A stretch of DNA of 64,000 bases, taken from contig JACVGW010000004.1 of NCBI GenBank assembly GCA_018992565.1, positions 1 to 64,000 of the forward strand. The letters run 5' to 3'. The position numbers and the translations under genes are program-made. This DNA comes from Theionarchaea archaeon (lineage in GTDB: Archaea; Methanobacteriota_B; Thermococci; Methanofastidiosales; SZ-28-30). The notes beneath the pieces are model-generated. The model was not told the origin of the DNA. It saw only the letters and a program-made list of their open reading frames with translations, and did not search any database. Numbering within the stretch: the first letter of the stretch is position 1; each line of letters starts with the position of its first letter. Shown piece by piece: positions 51,670-64,000 of the stretch.

Positions 51670-52541
51670 TCCATCAACTCAAACATTGCGTCAATAGCCT
51701 TCTTTGCTTTTCGAGCCACCTCTGGATCAACCATAACCATGTTTTCTACAGGTTTTTCTCTGAGAACGTATTCCACACTCTCACGTGTTATCATCTTCAT
51801 ATTGGGACAGACAGTGTAGGCAGAAAGGGCATGAACGATCTTTCCTGGGCACTCGTTTCTGATTTTGTGCAACATTCCATTTTCAGTTCCAATAATAACT
51901 TCTTTGGAATCAGTATTCTTCACGTAGTTGAGAATTCCCTCTGTTCCTCCCACGTAGTCTGCCAGATCGATGACCTCAGGTCTGCATTCAGGATGAACAG
52001 CCACCGTAGCCTGAGGATGGTTCTCCTTCATGAGGAGAACGTCTTCAGCCATCAACTGATGGTGTGTGGGACAGTTACCTCCTTCAGGGACTATTATAAC
52101 CTCCTTGTCCACAAACCGTTTGACATAGCTGCCCAGGTTCCTATCAGGGGTAAAGAGTATGGTATCTGTGTCCAATCGGGAAACGATGGAAACTGCGTTG
52201 GCTGAAGTGCAGATAGTATCTGAGACTGCTTTTACTGCGGCCGTGGTATTGACATACGCCACTACAAGAGCCCCGGGATACACCTTCTTGGCCTGGAGGA
52301 TATCCTCTGATGTGACTTGATGGGCCATGGGACATTGACTCAGAGGCTCTGGCATAAAGACCCGTTTCTCAGGATTGAGGATGGCTGCAGTCTCTGCCAT
52401 GAAATCGACTCCACAGAAGATAATGTCATTACATTCTGTTTCACGGGCGATCTGACATAACTTTAGAGAATCACCTGTAAGATCAGCTCTATCCTGCACG
52501 TCAGGTCGCTGATAATTGTGAGCCAGGATTATAGTATCCAT
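51666..52541 (-). CDS. nadA: Quinolinate synthase
   Basis: ILAHNYQ, GDS, FCGVDFMAE, CPMA, YVNT, CTSANA, PD.NLG, HPEC, GTE.G, CPNMK. Confidence 0.96.
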   Translation of the reverse strand: MDTIILAHNYQRPDVQDRADLTGDSLKLCQIARETECNDIIFCGVDFMAETAAILNPEKRVFMPEPLSQCPMAHQVTSEDILQAKKVYPGALVVAYVNTTAAVKAVSDTICTSANAVSIVSRLDTDTILFTPDRNLGSYVKRFVDKEVIIVPEGGNCPTHHQLMAEDVLLMKENHPQATVAVHPECRPEVIDLADYVGGTEGILNYVKNTDSKEVIIGTENGMLHKIRNECPGKIVHALSAYTVCPNMKMITRESVEYVLREKPVENMVMVDPEVARKAKKAIDAMFELME

Positions 52542-52542
52542 G

Positions 52543-52569
52543 GTATAACACCGTTATACTTATATATAA
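52543..52569. promoter_or_regulatory. Palindromic operator GTATAAC-ACC-GTTATAC plus bidirectional TATA box
   Basis: 52543-52559 directly upstream of nadA ATG; TTATATATAA at 52560-52569. Confidence 0.7.
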
Positions 52570-52588
52570 GCATTTCCGAAGGGGAGAT

Positions 52589-52981
52589 ATGAAGCCTCCC
52601 TGTGAACTGGCAGTGAAGGAGCTTCTTCCTTCCTTGCGAGCCGCTATCGTCAAAGAACTGTCTGAAAAATATCATATGAAACAGATAGATATTGCTGAAG
52701 CTGTTGGGATAACCCAGGCCTCAGTAAGCCAGTATCTGCACGTGGAGAGGGCGAAAGAGGATAGAATTACTCTCATAGAGGGGTTTGATGAAGGAGTGAA
52801 GACAATTGCAGAAAAGATAGCTCTCAATCGCATGTCAAAAACTGCTGTGCTTCACGCAGTGTGTGAGCTGTGTACAAGGATCCGAGAGTCAGAGGCATTC
52901 TGTCAGATCCACCAGGATATGGTAATGCTTGAAGGCTGCGATATCTGTAAACCCGCCCAGTGCAAGGAAGAACGAGGTTGA
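52589..52981 (+). CDS. Cys-rich HTH regulator, homologous to ThiR N-terminal domain only
   Basis: MKPPCE...MKQIDIAEAVGITQASVSQYL; C..C, C..H, C..C as in 48008-48817. Confidence 0.8.
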   Translation: MKPPCELAVKELLPSLRAAIVKELSEKYHMKQIDIAEAVGITQASVSQYLHVERAKEDRITLIEGFDEGVKTIAEKIALNRMSKTAVLHAVCELCTRIRESEAFCQIHQDMVMLEGCDICKPAQCKEERG

Positions 52982-53004
52982 GTGGGATAGAAGCCAGATA
53001 AGCA

Positions 53005-53679
53005 TCAATGGAAGATACTGTAGATTTTTCCAGCTTTTTTCTTACCAATACCTTCTACCTGCTGCAGTCGCTTCTCAGTGGCATTTGCCACTGCAGCAAT
53101 TGAACCAAAGTGATCCAGCAAATTCCTGGCCAGAACATCCCCCACAGAAGGGACCGATGCCAGCACGTACCGTCTGAGATCCATTTCTGGCAAGTGGGGA
53201 GACAGGTGTTTTCTGAACCAACGTGAACTGGGAAGCACGTCATTTTTCCCCTGGGTTTCCCGCTGGATCAGAATCCTGAGACACTGGTACAGCGCCTCGT
53301 CATCCTCACAGACAACGAGAGGAATATCATACACGAAGAGGATTTCCATGTATGCTCCCATGATCTGCGGCCAGGGTATGGATAGGTCCTGGTCAAAGGC
53401 ACCATGGACTATGAGCAGTTTTCTCTTCAGTGGATACCCCAGTAAGGTATCAGCCTTCATGAGACGCAGCAGTTGATCCCACAGCCTGTTAGACCTCAGA
53501 GAAGAGAGAAAGTCTGATGTGGACTTACGCTCAATGAGTACCCCCGTATCGCTGGAGACCAGGAAAAAATCACCCAAAGGCAGATGCGTCACATCAATGT
53601 GGACAGGTGGGGTCTGGCTACCTAAGGGCATGAGCAGCGACTGAACAGCACTCTCACGGTGATCTATGAGTATATGCAT
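53005..53679 (-). CDS. ERCC4 (XPF/Mus81-type) nuclease domain + (HhH)2 protein
   Basis: IDHRE, LPLGDF, IERKS..DF, VPSVG, VEGIG. Confidence 0.85.
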   Translation of the reverse strand: MHILIDHRESAVQSLLMPLGSQTPPVHIDVTHLPLGDFFLVSSDTGVLIERKSTSDFLSSLRSNRLWDQLLRLMKADTLLGYPLKRKLLIVHGAFDQDLSIPWPQIMGAYMEILFVYDIPLVVCEDDEALYQCLRILIQRETQGKNDVLPSSRWFRKHLSPHLPEMDLRRYVLASVPSVGDVLARNLLDHFGSIAAVANATEKRLQQVEGIGKKKAGKIYSIFH

Positions 53680-53780
53680 CAATGTCAGGTGGGGGTTCAA
53701 CTATAAAATATTGTGTGCTCGCTGCAATATGTAGAAGGTTCTCGTGCAACACTGATGTTCCTACCTCTCCGTCATGAGGG

Positions 53781-54827
53781 TCACGTGAGCCGTTCCAGCA
53801 CTGTCTTCATTCTGTTGATAGCCTCCTCCATTCTATCACTTACCAGTGAAAGCCTGAAATGGTTCCGGTAATCACCAAAGAAAACTCCCGGAATAACTGA
53901 CACACCTTCTTTAAGAAGTTCCTCGCCAAATAATTCACTGTTCACAGGTATTTTCGGAAACAGGTAAAATGCACCCTGACATGGGACAAAAGGTATCCCA
54001 TTGTCTGCAAGCCCTTTCTCTACGACTTTCTTTCTCTTCAGATAGATTTCCTTCGCCTTTCTATCAGTTTCATCTCTGAGGGTGAGTGCCTTCAATGCAG
54101 CCCATTGAGCAAATTCTACAGAACACGTGATTGTGTGCACCTGGAAATCCTCGAGTCTCCGAATCCATTCAGAACTGGAAATCACATATCCTAACCTGTA
54201 GCCAGTCATGGAGAATCTCTTGGAGAAGCTTCCTATGTAGATGAGGTCTTCACAGTCAAATTCTGTGAAAGAGACAAAATCATCATAGACCAGGAAGGAG
54301 TAGATTTCGTCTGCCAGCAGGGTGATATGATAGTCATTGCACAAATCCACCAGTTCTTTCATCTTGGACGGGGCGAGAATAGTCCCTGTGGGGTTGTTGG
54401 GGTAATTGGTGAACATGAGGTCAAATGTGCTGTCCAGTGATTCAAAGGAAGGAGAAAACTTGTCCTCGAAGGTGGTGTGAATGGTATGGTAGGGTTTCTT
54501 GAGGAATTCCAGGTTCTCTTCATACGCAGGCCAGCCAGGATGAATGACTGCTGCTTTGTTACAGAGGTAGGTTGCAGCGTAGATGGGCAACTTCCCTCCA
54601 ACAGTAATGAGAACCTGATCAGTTGAAACGTTGTGAATTTCAGCCAGAGCCTCCCGCAGCGGGGTAATACCATATGCAGAGGTATACCTGGTTTTGCCAG
54701 CTCGCAACGCTTCCACTGTGGCTTCAATAACGCGCTGATCCACAGCGAGATCGGGCTGGCCAATGTCCAGACGTATTTCTGGGTTATACTGCCTTATTTT
54801 CTCAATATAGTCATACATGGTACGCAT
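53781..54827 (-). CDS. PLP-dependent class I/II aminotransferase
   Basis: IGQPD, NYPNNPTG, DEIY, SFSKRFSMTGYRLG. Confidence 0.92.
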   Translation of the reverse strand: MRTMYDYIEKIRQYNPEIRLDIGQPDLAVDQRVIEATVEALRAGKTRYTSAYGITPLREALAEIHNVSTDQVLITVGGKLPIYAATYLCNKAAVIHPGWPAYEENLEFLKKPYHTIHTTFEDKFSPSFESLDSTFDLMFTNYPNNPTGTILAPSKMKELVDLCNDYHITLLADEIYSFLVYDDFVSFTEFDCEDLIYIGSFSKRFSMTGYRLGYVISSSEWIRRLEDFQVHTITCSVEFAQWAALKALTLRDETDRKAKEIYLKRKKVVEKGLADNGIPFVPCQGAFYLFPKIPVNSELFGEELLKEGVSVIPGVFFGDYRNHFRLSLVSDRMEEAINRMKTVLERLT

Positions 54828-55046
54828 GAATATCTCCTCATTTTCTAGGATTTATATCAACTTAAAAAGATTATGTGTAGATGTGGGGTAAGCCTTGAGA
54901 AGTAGGGAAAAGAGGAATACTCAGACTATAGAAAGAGCTCCAACATACACTGGTCGTGATAGTCTCAATGAGATTACACTGCATCAACTCACGTTCGTTA
55001 GAAACAGAAAATAAAAGTGAAAGTGAAGGATCATGCACACGTTGCT

Positions 55047-58098
<3,052 letters not shown>

Positions 58099-58171
58099 TC
58101 ACAACGTGTGCACGACGTCACCATCACATGTGTGATTCAGTCCTTCATATGGAGTATACTGGTACTCCATA

Positions 58172-58245
58172 TGGACTCGGCGGGATTTGAACCCGCGGCC
58201 TCTGGCTTGCAAAGCCAGCGCTCATACCAACTGAGCTACGAGCCC
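58172..58245 (-). tRNA. tRNA-Ala(UGC) in rRNA spacer, CCA not encoded
   Basis: GGGCTCG..CGAGTCC-A with G3:U70; anticodon arm CTGGC TT TGC AA GCCAG. Confidence 0.96.
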
Positions 58246-58260
58246 TCACGATAAACGTGA

Positions 58261-59810
<1,550 letters not shown>

Positions 59811-59971
59811 CCTACATCAAATCCAGCCTCTGCTGGACTCTCATCTCGTATGTCCCACGAGGAGAGCGACTTCTCATCTGAAGAGCATCTGCTCAATAAA
59901 GGATATAAAATACAATCCTTCTCGAAGTCGACGCCATGGTAATGGGACTATTCTATCTTTGTGAAAACGCG

Positions 59972-60023
59972 CTTTTAAACGTTTCGGTGCCTAGGTGTAA
60001 GGCTCCCTTTTAAACGTTTCGGT
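59972..60023 (-). promoter_or_regulatory. Tandem rRNA promoters (17-bp direct repeat)
   Basis: ACCGAAACGTTTAAAAG (BRE+TATA) at 59972-59988 and 60007-60023. Confidence 0.8.
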
Positions 60024-60195
60024 TGCCAACGCGCTCTTCAGACACAGGTGCGTGGATTACTCCCCTGCAAGTATCTCATGAGGTGTGCCTCATGGTGTTG
60101 ATGAGCCTTCAAGATGAACCCTGCACACCCCACACCCTCTCCTTCCCCCCTGGACCTACAACCACCTTTTAAAACATGGAGTGAAATACCTGTCC

Positions 60196-63100
60196 ATGGA
60201 TAGTGACGCTTCCATCATCTCACTGTTTCACCCTGCAGTCCAGGCATGGATTTCCTCCACCTTTCATTCCCTGACAGAACCCCAGAGGCTGGCCTTCCCC
60301 ATGGTCAAGGAAGACCAGAACATCCTCTTACTCTCTCCCACGGGGAGTGGAAAAACACTGGCTGGATTCCTGGCGTCTATTGACCATCTGGTCTCCCGGG
60401 CAGAGCAGAATCAGCTGGATGATATGGTCTATATCATATATGTCTCCCCGTTACGGGCTTTATCCAATGATATAAAGAAAAACTTGATGGTTCCTCTGGA
60501 AGGTATCAAGAAGGAAGCTCCCTTCGCAGACATCCGGGTATTCGTGCGGACAGGGGATACCTCCTCCTACAGAAGATCACGGATGCTCAAGAACCCCCCT
60601 CATATTCTCATTACCACTCCTGAAACCCTGCAAATCATTTTAAATGCTCCCAAGTTCAGGGAAAAACTGACCAAGGTTAAGTACGTTATCATAGACGAAA
60701 TCCACGACTTATGCAATACCAAGAGGGGAGTGTCCCTCTCCTTATCACTGGAACGCCTCCAGAATGTGGCTGGGCCCTTTGTGAGGATTGGGCTTTCAGC
60801 TACACAGGCCCCGGTGGAGGAAATTGGAAAATTTCTTGTAGGCACCAACCGCCACTGCCATATCCTCATCGCTGAAAAAGAGAAGAAGTATGACCTTTCC
60901 ATAGTGAAACCAGCATCACTCTCGTCTCTATCTCTGGAGAAATCCATAGAAGAAAGCTATGATATCCTCAAGGAACTCATTGAATCGCATAATGTTACCA
61001 TTGTCTTCACCAATACACGTTCCCGAACAGAAAGAATTGTCTACCAGTTGAAGAACCGCGAGTTGTACTCTGTGGCAGCTCACCATGGGAGTATGGGCAA
61101 GGAAACCCGCCATGAGATTGAACACCTGTTGAAGAAAGGTTCCATCCAGTCTGTCATCACTTCCACCTCACTGGAATTGGGCATAGATGTGGGGGATGTG
61201 GATCTAGTGGTCCAGCTGGGTTCTCCCAAGAACACTGCCAAGCTCATGCAGCGGGTAGGGAGAGCAGGACATGGGAGAGATGCAGTCTCAAAGGGAGTGC
61301 TCATAGCTCAGGACAGGGATGAACTGGTAGAACTGGAGATTCTCAAAAGAAAAGCCCTGTCCTACAGGCTGGAACCCGTTGAGATCCCTCACAATTGTCT
61401 CGATGTCATGGCCCAGCATCTCATCGGCATGAGCCTGGAACAGGTATGGAACGTCAATGAAGCATACAGGATGATCCGGGGTTCATATTGCTTCTGTGAT
61501 CTGCCCTATGAGGATTTTCTCACTGTCCTGGAGTACCTGGGAGGATACTACGCAGATTTGGAAGAGAAGCATGTGTACAGGAAATTATGGTTTGATGGAG
61601 AGAATTTCGGGAGGATAAAGAGTGCTCTGTACCTTTACTTCCTGAACTGTGGGACCATACCCTCGCAGGCCACATTTACCGTGGCGCTTGACGGCATCCC
61701 TCTGGGCACCCTGTCAGAGTCCTTTGTATCTCATTTAAAAGCGAAGGATGTTTTTGTCCTTGGAGGACGCTCTCTGGAATTCGTGAGAACTGAAGGAATG
61801 TACGTTGTGGTCAAAGATGCCCTGGGTGGGAAACCCACTGTCCCCTCCTGGAGGGGAGAGGCTCTGTCACGCTCATACGAATTCGGAGTTGACCTTTCAG
61901 ACTTTAGAAAAGAGGTGGAACTCCACGGAGGAGCTGATCCTGATATTCAGCAGTACATAGAAGAACAGAAAAAAGCCACCGGAATTGTGCCCACAGCAGA
62001 CATCCTCTTTGTGGAAAGATACATAGACGGAGACCACACCTACCACCTGATCTTTCACAGCCCCTTTGGCAGACGAGTTAATGAAGCCCTGGCAAGAGGA
62101 TATGGACAGAAATTGGCCTGCCCGGACTTCACCGTGACAGACAATGGGTTCATGCTCAATTCAGCAAGAGCCCTCAATTTCACCACAGGCATCCTGTCCA
62201 GTGAGGAGTTCCTTGAAGTCATACGAGCCTCAGTATGGGGAACGGAGCTCTTCTGCCAGCGGTTCAGACACTGTGCAGAACGAGGGTTCCTCCTTTTGAA
62301 GCGATACAAAGGGAAGTCTGTCACTCCCCGCACCCAGTACTTCAGGGCCCGTTCATTGCTCAAAGAGCTGCCTTTTGACTTTCCCCTGGTGAAGGAGACC
62401 TTTAACGAAGTACTGTATTCTGCTCTGGATTGTAACCATGCACTGGAGATTCTCAAGAAAATTGAGAATGAAGACATCAAGGTAGTCATATCCGACTATA
62501 CTACTATTCCCTCCCCCTTTGCTCTCTCCATTGTCATGGCAGGAGCCCAGGATGTCATCACCCTGAAAGACCGCAGTGAATTCCTGCAGCATATGCAGAA
62601 GGCAGTCACAGAGAGGATTATTGAGAAGACTCCTGCTTTTTCTCCTGCAGCAGTGGAAGAGTATTTTGCAGGACGCGCAAGAGAACCATATTCCACAGGG
62701 GAGTCCTCATCAGATGAAGCGCTGAAAGATGCTGTCCTGAAGATACTGTTCACAGGGATACGAACTGCAGCCCAGTTGCAGTCCGAGCTGGGCTGTGACT
62801 TAAAGAGAACTGAGAGAATTCTTGATACTCTCATCGAAGAAAATACAGTCTCCTGCGGGTATTTCACCGCTCCTGTCCTGCAGTACATGCTGATTAAGGA
62901 CAGAAGATACCTTGAATATGGAGAAGGAATAGAAATAACTACTGTTAATCAATTTTTGACCCGGAAACACTTCACTTATCCTTCTGTAGAAGCAGTATTC
63001 CACGCTTATGGGTACATGAGGTCCCGGAGGGCAATCTATGATCGGGTAGGATTCTTTCATGAGCCTCTCATGAGGATCAAGGTCAGGGGGAGGCTGGTAT

Positions 63101-64000
63101 ATATTCTCCCAGAATCCAAATCCCTTTTTGTCTCAGCCTACAGACAGGAACTACCTTCGGAAGAAGTCCACATACTGAAGTTCATCCGTGAAAATCCAGG
63201 ATTGAAGAAAAAAGACATTGTCAAGGTGTGTGGATCGTATTTCAATGGGCTAGAGGAAGCTTTATACCTCTACCGCGATGAACACAACAGGTTCTATCCA
63301 CTGGAGGCAGAAATCACCTCTCCTGAAGAAGCAAGGAGAGAAATCGTCAGAAAGTATGTGACCTCCTGTGGTCCTGTATCCAAAGAAGAAGTCATGTACC
63401 ATACAGGAACCTCGAATGGTATTGATCCACTCCTGGAAGAGTTCAGAAAGGTCACCATCTTCTCCCGCATAGTCCAGGAGATGTACTGTACGGAAGAAGA
63501 TTTCCAGGCAATGAAAGCGCAGTCTGCTGCAGGAATCAGAATCATCGATCATACTGATCCTCTCTATGACAAGATTCGACATGAATGCTGTTCAGTTCTG
63601 GGGGAGTCGGTTTCACCCATACTGGCTGATGGGCGCCTGGCAGGAGGTATTCTCTTCACGGCGGGTGACACCTTCTGTATTGAAGAATTCATCATGCGAG
63701 AACCAGTGTCTGCACAGGATTTACTGGAAGAGATTCTCAGGGTCTACAGGTTTTACAGATGGCAGGGAGCCAGGTCTGTGACAGTAAAGCCAGAGCTCCT
63801 GAAAACCGTGATTGAAACCACAGGAGTCTCCGTTGTAGATGAAGTCCTGGTGGAAGCTCCACCTCTCACTGTCGAATCACCAGATATCCACAGGTCCCAG
63901 CTGAAGCTGCAGTCGCTGCTTGACATGAACCCTGCTGCAACGGTATTGCAGCTACCTTTTCTTGACCTCAAATCTGCCCAGAAGAGAACCACAGAAGACA
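60196..64000 (+). CDS. lhr: Lhr-family SF2 helicase with long C-terminal extension, 3'-truncated by window edge
   Basis: Translated by hand: FHPAVQAW, SPTGSGKT, SPLRALSND, TTPE, IDEIH, GLSAT, HHGS, SLELGID, QRVGRAGH; frame appears open to the window end. Confidence 0.9.
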   Translation, partial: MDSDASIISLFHPAVQAWISSTFHSLTEPQRLAFPMVKEDQNILLLSPTGSGKTLAGFLASIDHLVSRAEQNQLDDMVYIIYVSPLRALSNDIKKNLMVPLEGIKKEAPFADIRVFVRTGDTSSYRRSRMLKNPPHILITTPETLQIILNAPKFREKLTKVKYVIIDEIHDLCNTKRGVSLSLSLERLQNVAGPFVRIGLSATQAPVEEIGKFLVGTNRHCHILIAEKEKKYDLSIVKPASLSSLSLEKSIEESYDILKELIESHNVTIVFTNTRSRTERIVYQLKNRELYSVAAHHGSMGKETRHEIEHLLKKGSIQSVITSTSLELGIDVGDVDLVVQLGSPKNTAKLMQRVGRAGHGRDAVSKGVLIAQDRDELVELEILKRKALSYRLEPVEIPHNCLDVMAQHLIGMSLEQVWNVNEAYRMIRGSYCFCDLPYEDFLTVLEYLGGYYADLEEKHVYRKLWFDGENFGRIKSALYLYFLNCGTIPSQATFTVALDGIPLGTLSESFVSHLKAKDVFVLGGRSLEFVRTEGMYVVVKDALGGKPTVPSWRGEALSRSYEFGVDLSDFRKEVELHGGADPDIQQYIEEQKKATGIVPTADILFVERYIDGDHTYHLIFHSPFGRRVNEALARGYGQKLACPDFTVTDNGFMLNSARALNFTTGILSSEEFLEVIRASVWGTELFCQRFRHCAERGFLLLKRYKGKSVTPRTQYFRARSLLKELPFDFPLVKETFNEVLYSALDCNHALEILKKIENEDIKVVISDYTTIPSPFALSIVMAGAQDVITLKDRSEFLQHMQKAVTERIIEKTPAFSPAAVEEYFAGRAREPYSTGESSSDEALKDAVLKILFTGIRTAAQLQSELGCDLKRTERILDTLIEENTVSCGYFTAPVLQYMLIKDRRYLEYGEGIEITTVNQFLTRKHFTYPSVEAVFHAYGYMRSRRAIYDRVGFFHEPLMRIKVRGRLVYILPESKSLFVSAYRQELPSEEVHILKFIRENPGLKKKDIVKVCGSYFNGLEEALYLYRDEHNRFYPLEAEITSPEEARREIVRKYVTSCGPVSKEEVMYHTGTSNGIDPLLEEFRKVTIFSRIVQEMYCTEEDFQAMKAQSAAGIRIIDHTDPLYDKIRHECCSVLGESVSPILADGRLAGGILFTAGDTFCIEEFIMREPVSAQDLLEEILRVYRFYRWQGARSVTVKPELLKTVIETTGVSVVDEVLVEAPPLTVESPDIHRSQLKLQSLLDMNPAATVLQLPFLDLKSAQKRTTED

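Noticed and set aside
54830..55045. 5S rRNA downstream of 23S
   Set aside because: No 5S-like sequence seen; unlinked 5S is common in archaea
58146..58173. Perfect 11-bp hairpin after tRNA-Ala
   Set aside because: Most simply an ordinary rRNA spacer helix

Overview
Archaeal chromosomal segment (thermosome, Cdc48, BRE/TATA promoters, GGTGA-type ribosome-binding sites, 16S-tRNA-Ala-23S operon with bulge-helix-bulge processing stems and no linked 5S). A Theionarchaea/Thermococci-related lineage is my impression from gene content, not something I tested. It is a draft assembly with two 100-N gaps. Housekeeping content: PhoU/TrkA-C pair, Cdc48 + PRC-barrel, thermosome, lipoate ligase, glmS, pyrE, nadA-sufS, class II photolyase, aminotransferase, tRNA-His, the rRNA operon and a long Lhr helicase running off the right edge (absent from the ORF track). 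Most interesting observations: (1) the palindrome TATAAC-N3-GTTATA sits between TATA box and start codon of both a ThiR-like regulator and the nadA-sufS-FeS operon, whose divergent neighbour is a sensor-less ThiR paralogue, suggesting an undescribed NAD/sulfur/thiamine regulon; (2) a promoter-bearing small secreted Gly-rich peptide gene tail-to-tail with an HTH regulator (candidate peptide-signalling pair); (3) an MglA/MglB module with a second degenerate Roadblock protein, plus a three-gene operon with five DUF2226-like domains; (4) a likely non-canonical ATC start for pyrE; (5) unusual surface proteins (clan-CD caspase-like protease, FG-GAP-CPBP fusion, MopE-repeat protein, CLG-type sorting tail) and a form IV RuBisCO-like protein. 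All family calls come from motif recognition by eye; no database searches were run.
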